A program made the position numbers and the translations under genes. Below the pieces are notes generated by a model that was given only the letters and a program-made list of their open reading frames with translations, was not told the origin of the DNA and did no database searches. A DNA stretch of 32,000 nucleotides from positions 1,770,001 to 1,802,000 of the forward strand of contig NC_007181.1 of NCBI RefSeq assembly GCF_000012285.1, read 5' to 3'. Position 1 is the stretch's first letter. Each line of letters starts with the position of its first letter. Source of the stretch: Sulfolobus acidocaldarius DSM 639 (GTDB taxonomy: Archaea; Thermoproteota; Thermoprotei_A; Sulfolobales; Sulfolobaceae). Below, piece by piece: positions 28,401-32,000 of the stretch.

Positions 28401-29040
28401 CTCATACTTTTTTTCTCGAGATAAATTAATAAAGATAACCTTGTGTGGTTCTCGTTCAGTATTTATGGGTAGGGAGGAGGGATATGCGTACTTCAGCGCT
28501 CTTCTATAGGTCTGATAGGCTCCTTTATTAGTAAGTTTACGTCTATCAGGTTTAGAGATTACAACTCTTCAGTTAAGGAGATATCGTTACACTTAAAGTT
28601 AAAAGAGAGTATAACCTAAGTTGAATGCGGATCAAGGGGACATAAGGGACTTAAACTGTCTTTCAGTTTTGCTAATAGAGAGGAAATTTTATTCAGCCTA
28701 TAGATTAGTTATTCTACAACAAAGTCTTTATTTCATGGAGTCTTGATAGGACCCGTACCCTAATCATATCAGTTTAGTTTCCTCTCCTTTTGTGAAAATT
28801 TAAGGGAGACTGGAGTGTTAGAAATGAAGGGCAAACTCGGTCAAGGTAAGGTCAGCTTTAAAGTAGAGGAGGAAAATTTTTCGCCTTCAAATAAACACGT
28901 CTAGACGACTGTGATCAGCTGCAATTTAATTCTGCCAGTTGAGCTTAAAATTTGTTTTGAAGTAAATTATCTGAATAATTTGAGTTTACATAGATTAGTA
29001 AAGTTTTAAATTAACCTGTTATTATAGTTAATGTAATAAT

Positions 29041-29109
29041 ATGACTTTGCATGTGATTGTCTCAGTTGTGGGAACGTCTATTATATCCAACTATGATGGA
29101 CAAAGATGG
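29041..29109 (+). pseudogene. Truncated N-terminal stub resembling a CARF-domain CRISPR accessory protein
   Basis: The ATG is preceded by an AT-rich box. It translates as MTLHVIVSVVGTSIISNYDGQRW*. The hVxxVGTSxxxN start is typical of CARF proteins of the Csm6/APE2256-like type. The frame stops after 23 codons and downstream frames are all broken. Confidence 0.35.
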
Positions 29110-29425
29110 TGAAACTTCACAAACTAAACTGGTCCCTCGCGTAAACTACATAACTGTAGTGTCGCAGATCAACTCAACACCAGCATAAATAGCTAATCTG
29201 TTAGAGCTAGATCCTTAACGTTAAACAGACTACTGAAGACAATCTTTAATGCTGGTTAATAAGCCATAGAAGTAAAACATCAACTTTCTCAACCAACATT
29301 CAGCCCTTCGTTCCTATTGGGATATGAGGCTAAACTTGATCCTACTACATCAAAATTATCAACCATAACCAAACTCAAAAGTGGAGTGGAAAGGCTTATA
29401 TATGTGGGTAATGAAATGGGAAAAT

Positions 29426-29665
29426 ATGGAGACTGAGATAGTAGTCATGGACGACAGGGGAAGGATCACGATACCCAAGGAGATCAGAGAGAGAATAAAA
29501 ACAAGGATGTTAAAAATAAGGGTCGAGGGGGACAAGATAATTTTGGAACCAATGGAAATAGATATAGACAGATACTACGGTATTTTTAGGAAAGATCCTG
29601 GAGATATGGACGTAGATAAGGTCTTGAGGGAGTCGCTCTCAGAGTTGACAAGAAATGACTTCTAG
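29426..29665 (+). CDS. vapB: AbrB/SpoVT-type antitoxin (VapB)
   Basis: METEIVVMDDRGRITIPKEIRERI matches the SpoVT/AbrB motif. ttatatat at 29396-29403 lies about 26 nt upstream of ATG 29426, so the track GTG start at 29381 is probably over-extended. The 3' end overlaps vapC by 11 nt. Confidence 0.85.
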   Translation: METEIVVMDDRGRITIPKEIRERIKTRMLKIRVEGDKIILEPMEIDIDRYYGIFRKDPGDMDVDKVLRESLSELTRNDF

Positions 29666-30041
29666 ATACTTTGATGTTAACGTGTTTGTTTACTACCTTA
29701 CCGGGGACAGGACCAATGGACAAAGGGCTAAGTATTGGTTAGCTAACACTGTGGAGAAGTACACTTCCTCGATAACTCCCCTTTTTGTAATACTCGTGTT
29801 AAGCAAGGTTCTAGGAAGGTCGTTAAGGGACCACGAATTTGCAAAGAGCGTAGTCGATGCTCTAGACTCCCTAGGTATCGAGTACTTAGATCTCCCTCCG
29901 TGGGACAAAATAACTGGAGTTATGAAAATGTATAAGTTAGACCTGGAGGACTCAATACATGTAGCTACAGCTGTTGAGAACAAATTAGAATTAGTTAGTA
30001 ATGATGAAGAGCTGAAAAGTAAAGTCAAAGCAGTGTTCTAA
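29655..30041 (+). CDS. vapC: PIN-domain ribonuclease toxin VapC
   Basis: YFDVNVFVYYL, LEDSIHVATA and LVSNDEEL give the PIN acidic residues in the expected order. 128 aa. Confidence 0.88.
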   Translation: MTSRYFDVNVFVYYLTGDRTNGQRAKYWLANTVEKYTSSITPLFVILVLSKVLGRSLRDHEFAKSVVDALDSLGIEYLDLPPWDKITGVMKMYKLDLEDSIHVATAVENKLELVSNDEELKSKVKAVF

Positions 30042-30331
30042 CGCTAAGAAGTTGTATGGTATGTTTTGATATCTAAAAGTGAAACCATGCCAACTCAGAC
30101 GTTTATTAAGACATTTTAAAGGAGCTGACTCTTTAGAGGTTTTCTCCTGATTAACTTTTATGAAAATGAGGAGAAGCCATCTGAAGAGAATTAAGTCCGT
30201 CCAAAGTTCTACGAGAGAGCTAAAAAAGGCTGAGGAGCAAATAACTAGTCGACCCGGACTTTAAGACCACATTCCAGCGATTTGGAGTGTTATTCCAAAT
30301 ATCTTTATGAATGAAATCTCCTGAAAAATAT

Positions 30332-31706
30332 CACATGAGTAAAAAGTTAGTAATCGCGTCATGGGGAGACCCGTCAGCTTGGAAGAGTGTAACATACATA
30401 GACGGAGAGGACAGCTCCCAAAACCCAAGAAAGATTGCCTCCATATCCTCCCTAAGACTACTAGCAGAGAAGTTCAGCGATATACAGAAGTTTTACGTCC
30501 TGGTACAGGACTCCATAGTATTCACCACCCTTAAACGGATAAACGACGAGTGTAAAGAATGTGGTCAAAAGATTAACGCCTACATCACGGCTGAAAGGGG
30601 AGAAGCAGTATGGCTCAATGAACCTATAAGTACTTACGAGGAGCTGGTAAAGAAGGTTAAGGACTACACGTCTTGCATACTAGATAGGCTGGGAATAAGG
30701 AACCACGAGGTGTTTATACTCCCCTCAAACCTCAGGACTTCAATAAACGTCCAGCCTAGTCCACATTTCACCTCTTTTTGAGTCGAAGTCAGTCTATGAC
30801 TTCATGTACTCAGTGGGTTTGATAGCCCTCTTTGACGCTATTAATGGAAAAGACGTTGATGAGGATATCGATGAGATAATTGTTGACACTACTCACGGTA
30901 TTAACTACTTTGCCATAATGACACAGCTCATGAGCAGGGACATAGCCAGCATACTGTCAGTCAAGCTGAAGAAAGAGATTAGGGTACGCTTCTACAACGC
31001 TATACCCTCAAGTAATGAAGAGTTTGTAATAGTCAAAGTTAACACAGATGCTAAACCTAGGATAAGGACACTTGAAGATATAAGTGATAGGGGACTACTT
31101 ATACCTTATAATGCGTTAATTTATAATGCCCCACTAGCCCTTTCACAATACCTTCAGGAGAGTAAGATAGAGATACCTAGTCTGGACAGTGTCTATGACA
31201 AAGTGAATCTGAAAAATAAGGCAGGAAAACTCGTAGTTGACTACAATCTTAGGGAACAGAAGGCAAAGAAGAGGAACGATATATACCTTAACCTCCTACT
31301 AAAGGCTATAGAGGACAGCTTCGATGTACACGGAGAGGTTAACCTAAGGGTGCTCAATGAACTTACCAAAACTGTATACAGTCTCATATCTGAAGTTTCT
31401 TCTGCTATCATATCTCACGAGGTAAGTGTGCTACTTAGTACGGTGAAGAAAAAGGGGAAAGAGATTGTCTGCAAGGGGAAGGTGAAGTATAGTGAAATTT
31501 ACCCTTTAACATTTGAAACTGAAAAAGAGAAGAGCGAGAAATGTGGAGGGAAGTTAGAGGACGAGATAAGGAACTTCATAGCCCACGGTGGGCTGTTGAG
31601 AAACCTTGTAGAGGTTCAGGTCAAGAAGAGTGATAACCTCAATGGTGAAGACGTTGTGATATCTTATGGGGAGTGTTGGAAAAACGTAAAGGATTTCTTG
31701 TCATGA
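30332..31706 (+). pseudogene. csx1: csx1 (CARF + HEPN CRISPR type III accessory ribonuclease) split by a 1-nt frameshift
   Basis: N-terminal CARF start MSKKLVIASWGDPSAWKSVTY (ATG 30332, with aaatatcttta about 28 nt upstream). DTTHGINY motif and C-terminal HEPN motif RNFIAHGG (31569-31586). Frame 2 ends at TGA 30779-30781. Frame 0 is open from 30747 and carries the rest of the gene. Skipping one T of the T5 run at 30775-30779 joins ...SPHFTSF to ESKSVYDFMYSVG... The joined product is about 450 aa, a Csx1-like length. Confidence 0.8.
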
Positions 31707-31713
31707 GGAGAGC

Positions 31714-31736
31714 CTAAGCTATGGCTTAGTATTTTT
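31714..31736 (+). terminator. Hairpin plus oligo-T downstream of csx1
   Basis: CTAAGC (31714-31719), loop tatg, GCTTAG (31724-31729), followed by tattttt with T5 at 31732-31736. It lies 8 nt after the csx1 stop. Archaeal termination typically uses oligo-T tracts. Confidence 0.4.
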
Positions 31737-32000
31737 GTCCATGTTATTCTCTACATAACCTTTATATATCCCTTATGATGACCTAATGCTATATTTCTTG
31801 CTTGGATTAGGACATGACGAGATGACTACATGCCTCTTAGCACAAGGAGGAAGTCAGTAGAATTAAACTTCATTATTGACTTCTATTAACTCAACGTTTA
31901 CGCAATACTTTCATACATAATTATGAATACCTAGTTACGTCAGACGTCATTTTAACAAGGGTGAGAAGGGAACTGAAGAGGAGGGCAGAAGAGTTGAGGG

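Noticed and set aside
31784-31850. Possible C/D-box sRNA (ATGATGA at 31784-31790; also AATGATGA at 26176-26183)
   Set aside because: No CTGA D or D' boxes lie at the required spacing, and there is no terminal stem. A C-box-like heptamer alone is expected by chance.
31961-32000. Possible gene start GTG AGA AGG GAA CTG AAG AGG AGG GCA GAA GAG TTG AGG at the window end
   Set aside because: Only 13 codons are visible, so there is too little sequence to support a call.

Overview
The window looks like a Sulfolobales-type crenarchaeal chromosome segment. This is an inference from three things: AT-rich TATA boxes about 27 nt upstream of many ATGs (leaderless mRNAs), a 25-nt CRISPR repeat whose reverse complement ends in ATTGAAAG, and many vapBC pairs. 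The window falls into two parts. Bases 1-14.5 kb are densely packed, with roughly 85-90% in ORFs and many 4-17 nt gene overlaps. This part holds an ABC transporter operon (126-2992), a Rieske ferredoxin-like gene and a tightly coupled 5-gene acyl-CoA-type operon (4515-9385: SDR, AMP-ligase, MR/MLE enolase, thiolase-like, DUF35). It also holds a vapB with a decayed vapC, an APC permease and an MMPL/RND transporter. Bases 14.7-32 kb are gene-sparse (roughly half coding) accessory, defence and decay DNA. This part starts with a divergent HhH-GPD (EndoIII-like) protein, followed by an orphan 4(+1)-repeat mini-CRISPR array with no adjacent cas genes and a 1.5-kb ORF desert. Next come a type II R-M pair (SPPY beta-class methyltransferase plus an unrecognised PD-ExK candidate) and a gene broken by an in-frame TAG. 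A HEPN-MNT pair and an ArsR-HTH/beta-helix fusion gene are bracketed by two copies of a ~175-190 bp MITE-like repeat. The rest holds two intact vapBC pairs, a csx1 (CARF-HEPN) gene split by a 1-nt shift in a T5 run, and a 23-codon CARF-like N-terminal stub. No rRNA or tRNA gene was found. The most interesting candidates are the HhH-GPD protein next to the orphan array, the unrecognised nuclease partner of the methyltransferase, the repeat-bracketed cassette, and the thiolase-fold protein lacking the catalytic Cys and His.
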